Assembly: GCA_964016885.1 (NCBI GenBank)
Contig: OZ024743.1
Coordinates: forward strand, 17,980,001 to 18,044,000
Reading direction: 5' to 3'
DNA: 64,000 bases
Origin: Eledone cirrhosa
Taxonomy: Eukaryota
Made by a program: the position numbers and the translations under genes. Under the pieces are notes generated by a model. It was not told the origin of the DNA, searched no databases, and was given only the letters and a program-made list of their open reading frames with translations. Below, one piece after another: positions 51,968-64,000 of this stretch. Position 1 is the first letter of the stretch; the number at the start of each line of letters is the position of its first letter.

Positions 51968-54900
51968 TTTGTCCTGCAGCACACATACATCACGGGAAAA
52001 AACTACTACACCCCACCAACTCCAATAACTCTCCCTACAAACATAAATATCATTGAAATCTCAATAGAACATTACAAAGTATTAAAGCAAAAATTACCCA
52101 ACGCAGTTGGAGACTTCAGTGGGTCGGTTACCAAGAGGATATACACCGACGCCCTCTTGACCAGCCAAATGAACGGTTCTACAGCCTCTACACCACACGA
52201 TCAAGGAAAGTGATCCTTTCTCACTTACCCAGTTTCTCATACAACATGGCCGTACTTAGAATAGGTAGTATATATATACGTAGCCTGGGGTCATCTTGGA
52301 AGCAGGGTCGCCTGCTCAACGACCTCAGGTCACTAAACTTAGATGTGGTGGACATCAGCGAGACCAAAATCTCCGAAGCACGAGACGGCGCACCGATCTG
52401 CGGCGGCTACGATGTATACGCATCTCCCAGCCGTCCAGGATCGGGGGGAGGGGTTTCCGTGCTTTTTCGGAGAGGCTTGGATCTCGCCATACGGGCAATC
52501 TTCCTGGATCCAGAAGGTAAGTTGTTGTGCTGGACGTAACCGGCAGGACGGCCAGATTTCTTCAGACGTCTACAGACCTTTCTTGGAACGTCCCACTTTT
52601 TACTGTTAGTGGGCGACTGGATCGGTATCTTAGATGCACGCTGGGATTATGTGGGGCTTGTAGATAGGGCAGGATGGTGTAAAAGCCTCAACAACCTGCT
52701 CAGATGTTTTGAACTGTCTGACAGGTATAGACTGGATTATCTGAATGTGCCAAAGTAGACATGGACAAACCACATCGGGTCAACCAGATCGTATTTATAT
52801 AGGGTATTCTGTTGGGAAACAGATAAGGCTAGTGTAGGTTGTCCACAATTTAACGTAGTAGACTACACGGACCACAAATATGTGATCTGTGAAGTTGACT
52901 TAGATAGACTCCATAGGCAAGGGCCCGGCTACTGGAAGCTGAACGCGTCGTTTCCGGCGGGCAAAGTTTACAGAGACCGGATTAGCGAATTAGTTACTCG
53001 TGCGTTGACGGGTGCGATCGTCAACAACAGGTGGTGGTTTACCCTGAAAAGGGCTATTAGAGTAGAATCGATAAGGTTTAGCAAAGGAGTAGTGATAGAC
53101 GAAAATAGAGTAGAGGGAGAGTTAATTAGAAAACTAATTAGAGTTAATTAGAAAGACCCGAACAATTGGGATGTTATAGACAACTTCAGGCTCATAACTC
53201 TGCTAAACGCAGAGTTTAAGATTTTGGCCAAGGTGTTAGCAAAGAGAATGGCGCTTGTCGTCGGTGATCTGGTGGGAGAGGCGCAGACATGCACCATCCC
53301 GGACAGATCCATTCACGCCAACCTCCATCTTATGCGATACATCATAGAGAGGGTGGTTAAGAAACCTGGCATGGGTGGGTGCCTGATCAACTTGGAGCAA
53401 TCTAAAGCATTTGATGGGGTCGAGCATCGGTATCTGGCTGCGGTCCTCGAGGCGACCAGCTTCGGGCTCGTCTTTTCAGGGGTTATCGCCGCGATGCACA
53501 GCGACATCTGCTCGATTGTGAGGGTGAATGGTCACCTGTTGCAGCCTTTCAGCAACATGCACTCGTTCCGCCAGGGTTTCCCCCTCTCGTCCCTCTTGTA
53601 CGTACTGGCCCTAGAGGGTTTACTACACGAATTGGAGACGATGAGGAGGGTCCCATGTGACTTGGATGCAGGAGATCCGTGTCAGTTTACGCCGACGACG
53701 TCACGGTGGTGGTGTCGAGCACCAAACACGTCCAGATGCTCGGCACCGCTCTCAAGGAATACGAAGCGGTGACAGGAGCAAAGTTAAACCAGGAAAAGTA
53801 GGTGGGCTTGCAACTCGGCACCTGGAGAGGCTAGGCCATGCCATCCGACAGCGTCGTGGGGCGCTGGACGGAAGGACCGGTTAAATTGCTCGGGGTCACA
53901 TTCGCTCCGGACCTCCAGATGGAAAACAAATGGAGCGAGATGACGAGAAGGCTGGCCTCTCTTACGGAGAGAGGGACCGAGAGGAGGCTGTCTCTGAAAG
54001 CTCGTGCGGAGGTGTCGAATGCGTATAGCGTCCGTCATCTGCTGCCGCCTGAGCGTCGTACCTATCCCCCGCCCAACTATAACCATAATGGAGCGGCTTC
54101 TCTTCCGCTTTTTGTAGAAGGGTCGTGCTCCCAGGGTCAGATGATCCATTTTCTTTGAACACCCGTTGCCTGGAAATCTAGGCATGCCGTGGTTGATGAT
54201 GCGCAAACATGCGCTGAGGCTGCGACATATCTGCTGCTTCCTTGAAGGTGAACAGGTGTGGTCGCCGTTTGCCATCTTGTCTCCTTGACAGAGCTGCAGT
54301 CCTGCATCAGTAAAAGACCGAGGGATAGCGCTTGGAAGCGGGAATGTCTCCAAGCCCTCACCGCCCTCTACCTGCTGGGCACTAGTATTGGTTCAGCAAC
54401 CACCTTGGCGTTCTATAGAAGGCTAGTGGGGGGAAAGAGCGACGACGTTCTCGGCGAGACCCTGGGCGTCGAACACCATCAGCTGTTCGCTCTTTCAAAG
54501 AAAATTTTCAGACCGGGGCCAATGGAAAACTTCCAGAAATCCCTGACCTGGCAGTGCTACCGAGGAGTGTTGCCGCGTGTAGGACGAATGCGTTTATCGA
54601 TTGAGTCCATTGTGCAGATAGCCCCGCCATCCTCCTTTAACGAGCAGGAAGGGCAGTCAGTTTTCATCTGCCTGGAGGCCATGGCGAAAGAGATTGTGTG
54701 CTGGACAAGATTGAAAGGGTTGAATGCGGACACTTTCCTTTCGACCAATCCCTGATTAACCTTTTCAAGTTTCATTTGAATAGGAAAATCAGGGTGGAGT
54801 GGCAAGTGCTGTCTTCTAGTAAGTTTGTTGAAAGGTGGGTGAAAAACGCGAGTATGTTCAGAGTGAACGGGCCCGCTTTGAGTATACGCCTGTAGACTTA

Positions 54901-55145
54901 GGAGTGGGAAAAATGAGAGAGGGCGCTTGCCTTGGTACTCAGGGTGGCCGTGGTCTTTTGTGTGGTTTTCACCACGATTGACGCTCGGGGGTTTCCCCCT
55001 TCTTGGGGAATGTTTGTGATTTCGACCCCGATTTTGTTATAATCTGTTTACACGACCAACACCCACTTTGTATCGTCCTGCACTGTTCTGTGACGTCTCT
55101 AATGGTTTTCTTCGTGTCAGCCCTTGTGTCAAATAAAGAAACCAC
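51968..55145 (+). mobile_element. Tx1/L1-clade LINE, 5'-truncated, internally deleted
   Basis: APE domain (ISETK, YTDH, GPGYWKLN), RT (QSKAFD, RQGFPLSSLLY, VYADDV), AATAAA then (TTA)n. Confidence 0.9.
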
Positions 55146-55179
<34 letters not shown>

Positions 55180-55388
55180 GGCGACCTACGTAGTAAATCG
55201 TATCATCGTGAGATCCGAAAAGGCTTGTTATTTCCGTTTGTTAAAAATTGCCATTTATGGAAAATTTCTATTGTTAACTATATATAAGCGCACATACATT
55301 GTTTTCCGAAAAGGACACCCAAAAAGATTGGGGCCTTGTGCCCAAAATTTTAACTTTTATGATTATCAAAACATTTCTTTGAAAAAAA

Positions 55389-57366
55389 ATGGCTAATTCA
55401 CCTCTGCACCATGCAGCTGAAAGTCTTCCTCACAAATTAACACCTCACACCGACACCACCATTGTAAATCATACTACCTTTGCCAACACAAACAATTTAA
55501 GCACTAGCAATATTTTAAATTTGTCTCAGGCAGACATTCATTTCCCGCCATTACCAATGACTGCAGATGTTAAAGCCGCCACCACCACCACCACCACCGC
55601 GACAACCCCCACCCCCACCACCACCGCGACAACAGAAACAAAAGGAAAAAATAAAGCAACTCGTGATGTCGATATATTTTCAACCAAAATGGACTCTTCC
55701 AAACCGAACTCCACTGACGTCAGCACCACCACAACTGAAACTAAAATTAATAATAACAAAAATAATCATAGCAACAACAACAATGACATTAAAAAAACCA
55801 TCCTGAGTTTTGCGAGAGTAGCAAAACAGTGCGAAGCATTTACGGTCTCAGGAGGAATTAGAAAATGCCAAAAAAATCGTAAAGAAACTTGGGTACAGGG
55901 TCAACCCCCCCCCCCCAAACACACACCTAATAAAATGGAGCATCAGCGCCTATTCACCGTGGCGTATCGAACAATAAATGTAAAATCGCGCCGAGTTGAA
56001 CGGGCGTCCGAGTCCCACATCCAAAATGCTTTGGGACATGTGTGGGCAAGAAAAACCCACAACAGACGTGCGCAGATGTATGGAACCGTAGACGTGTTCT
56101 TTGAAACACCACAGGAGGCCAGAGAACACTCCATGGCCCCATTAAGAAGTGATGACTTCACACTCGTCCCAAGCTATTGTGGCCAGAGACTCGTGAAGAT
56201 CAGGGTGACCCACGTTCCACCGGCCATCGAAATTCCCTGGCTAATGGCTGCCGTCCTCGCCGGCATCAAGGCCAACACCAAGATAATAGCAATAGCAAAA
56301 GAAAAGCAAGAGAATGGTCCGGATCTGGGATGGAGCTCCTGATCCAAGCGGACCAAAAAAGCATTGAGGAGATCCCAGAGGTGATAGATCTCACTGACGG
56401 CAGCCCCCTCACCGTAATTGTCGAGGGAAGAAGGCCTAGGTGTGTCGTTTGTGGTGAAGGAACCCACCTAAGGGCTTTCTGCCCTCAGGCTAAAAGGTTG
56501 AGGCCACATCTCCTACCCACCACAGTGCCTCAACCATCAACACCTCCAGTAGCAGAGATGGCAGCAACAATTGTAGCAGCAACAACAGAAGCAACTATAA
56601 CAGCAACAAACCCAGCAACAGTAGCAAAACCAACATCACCACCACCAGCAAAACCAATACCACCACCACCCAACGCTTCAGCACTAGCACCAGCGCCTAC
56701 ACCATCCACCACGCCACAACCAAAACTAACGCCTGTGGAGGATTTTCCACTCCCCGGCCTATCACAACTGCAGACAGATTGTGACGACGCGTAGTGGGAA
56801 ACGGTATCAGGAAAAAAAAAGAAACCAAAAAAGAAAAAAATTATCGTCCTTCCCCCTCCAAAAACAAAATACAGAGGGAAACAAATAAATTACCAAACAA
56901 AAAAGTTAGGACAGTAATGCCACCATCCACACCAGCATCACCAAACCCATCACCCCAAACACCACACCATCACCATCATTAACCCCAACACCACCATCAC
57001 CAACACCAGAAAGCGAAACAGAAACAAAACCCACAACAAACATAAATAAAACAAAACAACCAAAACGATACACACTACACAGCATTACATTTGAACAACA
57101 AGCAATTATTACACTACATCCAACACAACACCAGCATCACAGAAAAAGACTACACAACAACCCAAAAATTCACACCACCTCCACACATACAAATCATTCG
57201 CATCACACAGAAAACGTACATGACACTAAAACAAAAATTCCCCAAAGACATCGGAGACTTCCGACAAGCACTCTCCAGGAGCATTTATAAGGACATCCTT
57301 CCTGAGGAGGCCACAAGCAGTGAAAAGGATGGAAAAACCGTCCTTCCTCTACGAGAAGTAAGGTAA
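55389..57366 (+). pseudogene. Tx1 ORF1 (gag-like, CCHC zinc knuckle), disrupted
   Basis: SFARVAK, RRM-like GTVDVFF region, EGRRPRCVVCGEGTHLRAFC; frameshifts and stops. Confidence 0.8.
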
Positions 57367-57400
57367 GTTGTCTTTCCCATCTTTTCCACTCCTTTTCAAC

Positions 57401-59160
57401 ATGACCTCACTCAGAATAGGCAGCAGAAATGCGCGTGGCTTTGGGTCGTCATGGAAGCAGGGCCACCTGATCAACGACCTTAGGTCACTAAACATAGTTG
57501 TAGTGGCCATCAGCGAGACCAGAATCTCCGAAGCACGGGCCTTCACACCGATCTTCGGCGGCTACGATGTGTACGCATCTCCCAGCCGTCAGAGATCGGG
57601 GGAGGAATTGCTGTGCTTTTTCGGAGAGGTTTGGATCTTGCCATACGGGCCATTTTCCTGGACCCAGAAGGTAAGTTGGTGGTGCTAGATGTGACAAGCG
57701 GAGACGGGCAAGCTTTCAGGTTAGTGGCCGTCTATGCCCCGACAGGAGCAGGGCGGCCTGATTCCTTCAGGCGTCTGGATACCTTTCTTGGACCATCCCG
57801 CTCTCTAGAGTTAGTGGGCGACTGGTACGGGATCTTAGATGCACACTGGGACTGTGTGGGATTAGCGGATATGGGAGTAGGGTGCAATAGCCTCACCAAC
57901 CTGCTCAGGCGTTTTGAACTGTCTGACAGCTACCGAATGGATTTCCCGAATGTACCAATGTGGACAAATCGCATAGGGTCATCCAGATCATATCTAGATA
58001 GAGTAATTTGTAGGGAAATAGATAGGTGTAGCATAGGCTGTCCACAATTCAAGATAGTAAGCTACATGGACCACAAATTCGTGATTTGTCTGCTTGACTT
58101 AGATAGGCTTCATAGACGAGGACCGGGCTACTGGAAGCTAAACGCATCCTTACCAGCGCGCAAGGCCTACAGAGACCGGATTAGCGAACTAGTTAAGCGG
58201 GCGTTGACGGGGGCCATCGTCAACAGCAAGTGGTCGTTTGCTCTGAGAAGAGCAATTAGAATAGAGTCCATTGGGTTTAGTAAGGCGTTAGCAATAGAGA
58301 AAAATAGAGCAGCGCGAGAATTAGTTAGAAAATTAGACATGGCACTTAGCAAAGACATCGCGACCGACGTACTTGCGGCGAAATTGGCCCTTGAACAATT
58401 CTTCAATGCAAAGCACGAAGGCTGCGTTGTCAGAGCTAGGGTGCGTGCTCTCAGACACGAGGGGACGAAAGCCGTTCAATGGGCCGGAGTGGCGGAGGCG
58501 CGTCGTGGCAACAAAGCTACGATCCGGTCTTTGGTGGACCACGACGGGCGCATGCTACTCGATCCCGGGCAAATGTGTGAAGCTTTTCAGCGACACGTCT
58601 CTCAGTTTTTCGCGAGCAGCGGCGGGCCGGATCGAGGGATGGACTTTAGTGTCTACCTCGACGGACTGCCGCGGCTCTCGGTCAATGAGGTGGAGTGTTG
58701 CGAAAAGCCGATAACTACCGCTGAATTACGGGAGGCACTGACTAGCTGCACATGGGGTAAATCGCCTGGTTTGGATGGTCTGCCCTATGAACTTTACGTA
58801 CAGATGCCAGACTTGTTCTGAGGGCTTTTGGCGGACGTCTACTGCAACTGGCAACATAACGGGAGAATTCCCAGCCGAGAAGCTGTGGCGCTGCTGAGAA
58901 AGGATCCGAACAAGGGGGATAACATAGATAATTTCAGGCCCATAACTCTGCTAAACACAGAGTTCAAGATTTTGGCCAAGGTGTAAGCAAAGAGGTTGGC
59001 GCTTGTCCTTGGTGGTCTGGTGGGAGAGGCGCAGACACGCGCCATTCCCGACAGATCCATCCACGACAACCTACACCTCAGGCGATACATCGTAGAGAGG
59101 GTAGCTAGGGAACCTGGCACGAGTGGGTCCTTGATCAATTTAGATCAGTCGAATGCTTTC
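57401..59160 (+). pseudogene. Tx1 ORF2 (APE endonuclease + N-terminal RT), disrupted
   Basis: NARG, AISETR, AVYAP, VGDW, YLDRV, MDH, YWKLN, KSPGLDGLPYE, NFRPITLLN. Confidence 0.88.
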
Positions 59161-59328
59161 TCCACCAATGTCCCCCGGAAATCTCCCCCCTATTGGGGAA
59201 TTGTTTCATTGTTATTTTATTACATCTGTTTTGTTTACACGCTGAAATGCCCATTTGTACCGTCCTGTATCGTCCTGTACTGTCCTTAATGTCTACTTTA
59301 TGTAAACCCTTGTGGTTAATAAAGAAAA

Positions 59329-59370
<42 letters not shown>

Positions 59371-60744
59371 CAATGATAATATTTCTACGACAAGCCTAAC
59401 GTTTCTTTTAGTTCGCAACTTTCTAAAATTCTGTCTGTAAATGTAAGAGCGTGTACTGAAGTGTGATTCAGAATAACATATACAATGAAAAAAGAGATTT
59501 AAAAAATAGTGTAATAAACATCATAAAGAAATTAATACGTTTGAACGGTTATTTTCTGAAATAACGAAAATATAAATCCGGAATTTCTAAACTCTATTCA
59601 AATTGAATTCAATATTCAAAACTATAACGTGGTGCCTAATGTACACTTTCACTATCAATATTCTTTCTTTAGATATACAATGATAGTGTTTTAGCCATAT
59701 GATTTATCTATATTCAATATATTTTGAGACAGTAAGAAGCTATATTGATGTCACTTCAGTCAATGTAGTAAGCTTCATATCCTCGTGAAAGCCCACTCAA
59801 TAAAGAAGAAAAATGCGTACATGATTGATTGAATGTGGTTTGTTGAATATAGACAATAGAATGTATATTTTACAATAGAACCCACTAGATTGTGGATGTT
59901 TTTTTTTATCGTTTACTTTATTAAATTATCATACAGGTCCTAAAAGGTTTTTTTTATGGCATACGCAGAATAACACAATGGTTTTGATTTAAAATCTTCA
60001 CATATTCTTTGATTGTTGTGCTCCACTATGCTTTTACTGCAATATGATTTCTATGTGTTTCTATTATTTCATCGTATATATTTGCGTTGTACAATTAGAA
60101 AGTATTCCTGAAATAACAGTTAATATATGACGCTGATAATCATCATTAATATATCTTTCACATTAGCTTTAATATTCATAAGGTCTTCCGCGATATAAGT
60201 GTTAAAACAATATTCTAATATACATGTTTAACTGAATTACATGTTGTGTATATTCTCATGTTCCAGTCTAGAAATATCAGAGAAAACAACGTAATAATAT
60301 TGCATGAAATAAACAAAACAAATTATTGCATAAATGGGAAAGAAAAATTAGTGAAACGATGGAAAAATCATTACCAGATAAGGAAAATGTCGGAAGTCAT
60401 ATGTAATCTGCACCAAACATTATGCTGTGCTATATACTTTAAGGCATTATATACACAATAATGAAAAAGTATGCATCATACTTTTACCAGTAACACGCAT
60501 CATTTAAAACCGAGACAATAAACAGACTTTACGCATTGGATATCAACGAAATAGTATGAATATCTTCCTGAAATATGTATGTAACCATGTATATAAAAGC
60601 AAATGACTCGTTAAGTAATTAGCCCCTTCGAGGAATAACGATTCATTGTATATGTAAAAGACTACCAAATAATCTTTAGAATGGAATATGTGCAATAAAA
60701 CCAAAATGAAATGATATTACCTCTACTGCGACGTTTAAGTTGGC

Positions 60745-61413
60745 CTAGCTCTTTTCTCTTCTATGTTTTTCTGCCGGGGCCGAACGATCATTTTTATTTT
60801 CTGTGAGGCCATAATCGTAAGGCGTTATGCCAATCTGATTGCAAAGTGCTCCTTTGTTGCTCTTGTTGTTGCTGATAGAGTTTTTGTTGCCCATGTTGTT
60901 GACAGTGTTGTCGTTCTTGCTGTTATTGATGTTGATGCTTTTGTTGTTGTCGTTCTTGCTGCTACTGTTGGTGTTGTATTTGGTGCACTTGCTATCGTTT
61001 TCGTTGTTGCAGTTGATATTGTTGTTCTCCATTACGTTGCAGTTGTTGTTACGGTTTTTCTTCTCCTGTACGTTGTTATTGATGTTGCTAATTTCAGTTT
61101 TGCATATTGTGTTTGTAATTGAGTTGTGTGAGTCCGTTATAGTATTTATATCCCTGCTCTCAACTTTGAAGTCCCTATCCGAAGACGGCAGACTTAATGT
61201 TGAGGAAAGGAAATATTCCAAAAAAGTAAACCAAGTTCAAATAATTGAGACAAAAGGTCCAACTATTATAAAGTCTCCCCTTCACACGGCACAAATCTAT
61301 GGTTTACGACCCTTTTTGAAATAGAATATAACAGTCACTGAGAAAGAAAAGTTTTTGAAAATGTACTGTTTTGTGGAGCTCACAAAAATATGTCTTCTCA
61401 CTCCATCAACCAG
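60745..61413 (-). mobile_element. Probable 5' UTR and Asn-rich ORF1 start of another Tx1 copy
   Basis: ORF 60745..61221 RDINT..TEISNINNN parallels RDVDI..ETKINNN of ORF 55389; starts directly after an (ATT)n tract. Confidence 0.5.
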
Positions 61414-61447
61414 TAATAATAATATCATTAATAATGATAATAATAAT

Positions 61448-61632
61448 TGTTTCTAGTTTAGGCACAAGGCCAGCAATTACCCAGTGCATTACTGGTACTT
61501 TATTTTATCGACCCCGTAATGATGAAAGGCAAAGTCAACCTCGGCGGGATTTGAACTCAGATCGTAAAGGGACGTAACTATGCTGGAAAGCATGGCGTCC
61601 GACACTCTACTGATACTGCCAATCCACCGCCC
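61448..61632 (-). mobile_element. tRNA SINE, full length, inserted in (AAT)n
   Basis: Near-identical to 50002..50185. Confidence 0.92.
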
Positions 61633-61651
61633 TTAATAATAATGATAATGA

Positions 61652-64000
61652 TTTCATTTATTAGCCACCAGGGCCGACATGTAGGGGACAATGCAAAGAC
61701 AGGGACAGTGGGGGTTTACAATAAGGTGGAGTAAAAGTGCACAATGGCAAGACTAATTTAACAATGAAAATATAAAAATATAAAATAAACTATGCATAAA
61801 TATAACAAAATAAATTCCCCGATAGGGGGTGTACGACCCTGGGGTGCTTCAGGTACCCCACTAATCCTGAACCACCCTGCGCTTCTAGGGCACCCAGGGA
61901 GAGCACCCCCCTCTCCTCAAGTTAGCCAGCCTATAGGCGCATGGTCAGAGTAGGCCCATTCACACGGGCCATACTCGCCACATTCACCCACCTTTTAGCA
62001 AATGTACTGGGGGGAAGCACTTCTCTCTCCACCATTGACCTTCCTTTCCAGGTGAAACTTGAAGTAGTTAATGTGGGATTGGCCGAAGAGAAAAGTGTCT
62101 GTCTTTAGTCCTTTCAACCTGGTCCACCATATAATCTCTTTCGCAACTGCCACCAGACAGAGGAACATTTCCTGCTCTTCCTGACCTAAGGAAGGCGGTG
62201 GATCGATCTTCACTATGGACTCGGCCGATAGCCGGATTCGTTCCACACGCGACAGTAGCTGTTCCACATAATTCCAGAAGTCAGTAATGTACGGACATTC
62301 GACAAGTGCGTGCAGAACGGTTTCGTCGTTCTGTGCGCATCTTGGGCAGGTCCGTCTGACAGCACTTCCGTGCCTGTAGAGTTTATCCCGAACCGGCAGT
62401 GCCCCCCCGGTAGCACTGCCAAGCGAGGAATTTCTGGAAATTGTCCATCGTCCCCGGCTCAAAAGTCCTCCGGTACAGACTAGTCAGTTCGACTTTGTCG
62501 AGGCCCAAAGCTTCTCCGAGTGCTTCATCGCACTTGCCCACCACTAATCATCTATAGAACTCGAGATTGGAAGTTCCACTGATCGCATTACTCGCTTGGT
62601 AGAGGGCAGTGAGTGCCTGGCAACATTCCAGGTGCCAGTCACCCAATCCCGGTCTCTTCTTGACCCAGAACTGCAGCTCAGTCAAAGAAATGAGCTGCGG
62701 AAAGGCTCGTCTGATAAACGGCGACCACACCTATTCACCGTTGAGGCAGAATATCTGGAGATGTCGCAGCCTCAACGCATGTCTGCGCATCGTTAGCCAC
62801 GGCATGCCCAGCACTCCGCGTAGAGGGTGCTGGCAGTAGATGCACCGCCTCACCAACGGAACTTGTCCCCTCCACAAGAATTTGAAGAGGAGCCGTTCCA
62901 GCATGACGAGGCGCGGACCGGGGCAAGGCCCGGCGGTCAGGCGGTAGTAGATGACGGACGCGATGTACGCATTCGCCACCTGCGCGCGACCTTTCAGTGA
63001 TAGCTTCCTCCCTGCTCATTTTTGGGTGAGACTGGCTTCTCTGCTCGTTACCTCGTCCCAATTATTTTCCACCTGTATGTCTGGTCCGAACCAAACCCCG
63101 AGCAACTTTACCGGTCCGTCCATCCAGCGCCCCACGACGCTGTTGGACGGCATGGGCTTGCCTCTCCAGGTTCCGAGCTGCAAGCCCACCGACTTTTCCG
63201 GGTTAATTTTGGCTCCTGTCAACTTTTCATATTCCTTCAATAAGGTGCCGACCACCTCGATTTCTGAGGTGGTCGACACCATCACGGTCATGTCGTCCGC
63301 ACAAGCCGACACCGCCTTTCCACGTCCCGGTTCGAGCGCGATGCCCTGCAACAGCTCCAGCTTCCGCAGTAAAGGCTCGAAAGTCAATACGTACAGAAGG
63401 GAAGAGAGAGGGAACCCTTGACGGACCGATCGGGAGAGCCCAAATGGTTCCGAGAGGTGGCCATTAACCTTGACCACCGAGCATGTGTCGCTGTGTATTG
63501 CAACGATCCAGCTTCTAAAGACAGGGCCGAAGCCAGCTGCTTTGAGGACAAACTCCAGATACCGATGGTCGACCTTATCGAATACTTTCGATTGATCTCA
63601 ATTGATCAGTGCCCCACCGAAGCCAGGTTTACACCCTACCCTCTCTATGATGTATCGCATGAGGTGGAGATTGTCGTGTATGGACCTGGCTGGGTTTGCG
63701 CAAGTTTGCGCCTCCCCAACCGAATCCTCGACGACAAGCGCCAATCTCTTTGCTAACAGCTTGGCCAAAATTTTAAGCTCTATGTTGAGCAGAGTTATGG
63801 GCCTGAAGTTGTCTAATGTATCTCGTTCTCGTCTTTCCTTATCAGCGTCACAACTCCCCTGCTCACAGAACTGGGAATACTCCCATTCTGCTGCCAGTTG
63901 CAGTAGAGTGCTTCGAGGAGTTCGGAGAACAAGTCTGGCATATTTACGTAAAAGCTCGTAGGGCAGGCCATCCAAACCGAGTGACTTGCGCCTCATGCAG
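61652..64000 (-). mobile_element. Tx1/L1-clade LINE 3' part (RT + C-terminal zinc knuckle)
   Basis: GLDGLPYE, NFRPITLLN, VRQGFPLSSLLY, ACADD, CPRCAQNDETVLHALVEC; AATAAA then ATT-rich tract. Confidence 0.92.

Larger units (their letters stand above)
55180..59330 (+). mobile_element. Tx1/L1-clade LINE with 5' UTR, ORF1 and deleted ORF2
   Basis: ORF1 55389..57366 and ORF2 from 57401; jumps to the 3' UTR near 59160; AATAAA then (TTA)n. Confidence 0.92.

Overview
AT-rich eukaryotic DNA with no recognisable host gene. It is probably from an octopod cephalopod, inferred only from the recurring tRNA-derived SINE family. The window is made of (TA)n/(CA)n/(ATT)n microsatellites and decayed retrotransposons: several lineages of Penelope-like elements (PLE; RT + GIY-YIG), two CR1-type LINE fragments, R4/Dong-like and CRE-like fragments, a cluster of Tx1/L1 elements joined head-to-tail by (ATT)n, and six tRNA-SINEs. 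The main hidden signal is non-coding. About 20 type I hammerhead ribozyme (HHR) motifs, intact, covariant or degenerate, sit in short elements that are mostly flanked by (TA)n. These are fold-back palindromes (at least 7) or, in one case, a direct repeat with a 541-nt period that looks like a retrozyme or circular-RNA product. Two inversion breakpoints map to the predicted ribozyme cleavage site, and three dissimilar families share a GAGTGCTCT motif near their 3' end. All coordinates and folds were read by eye and are approximate to a few bases. Clade names are tentative.
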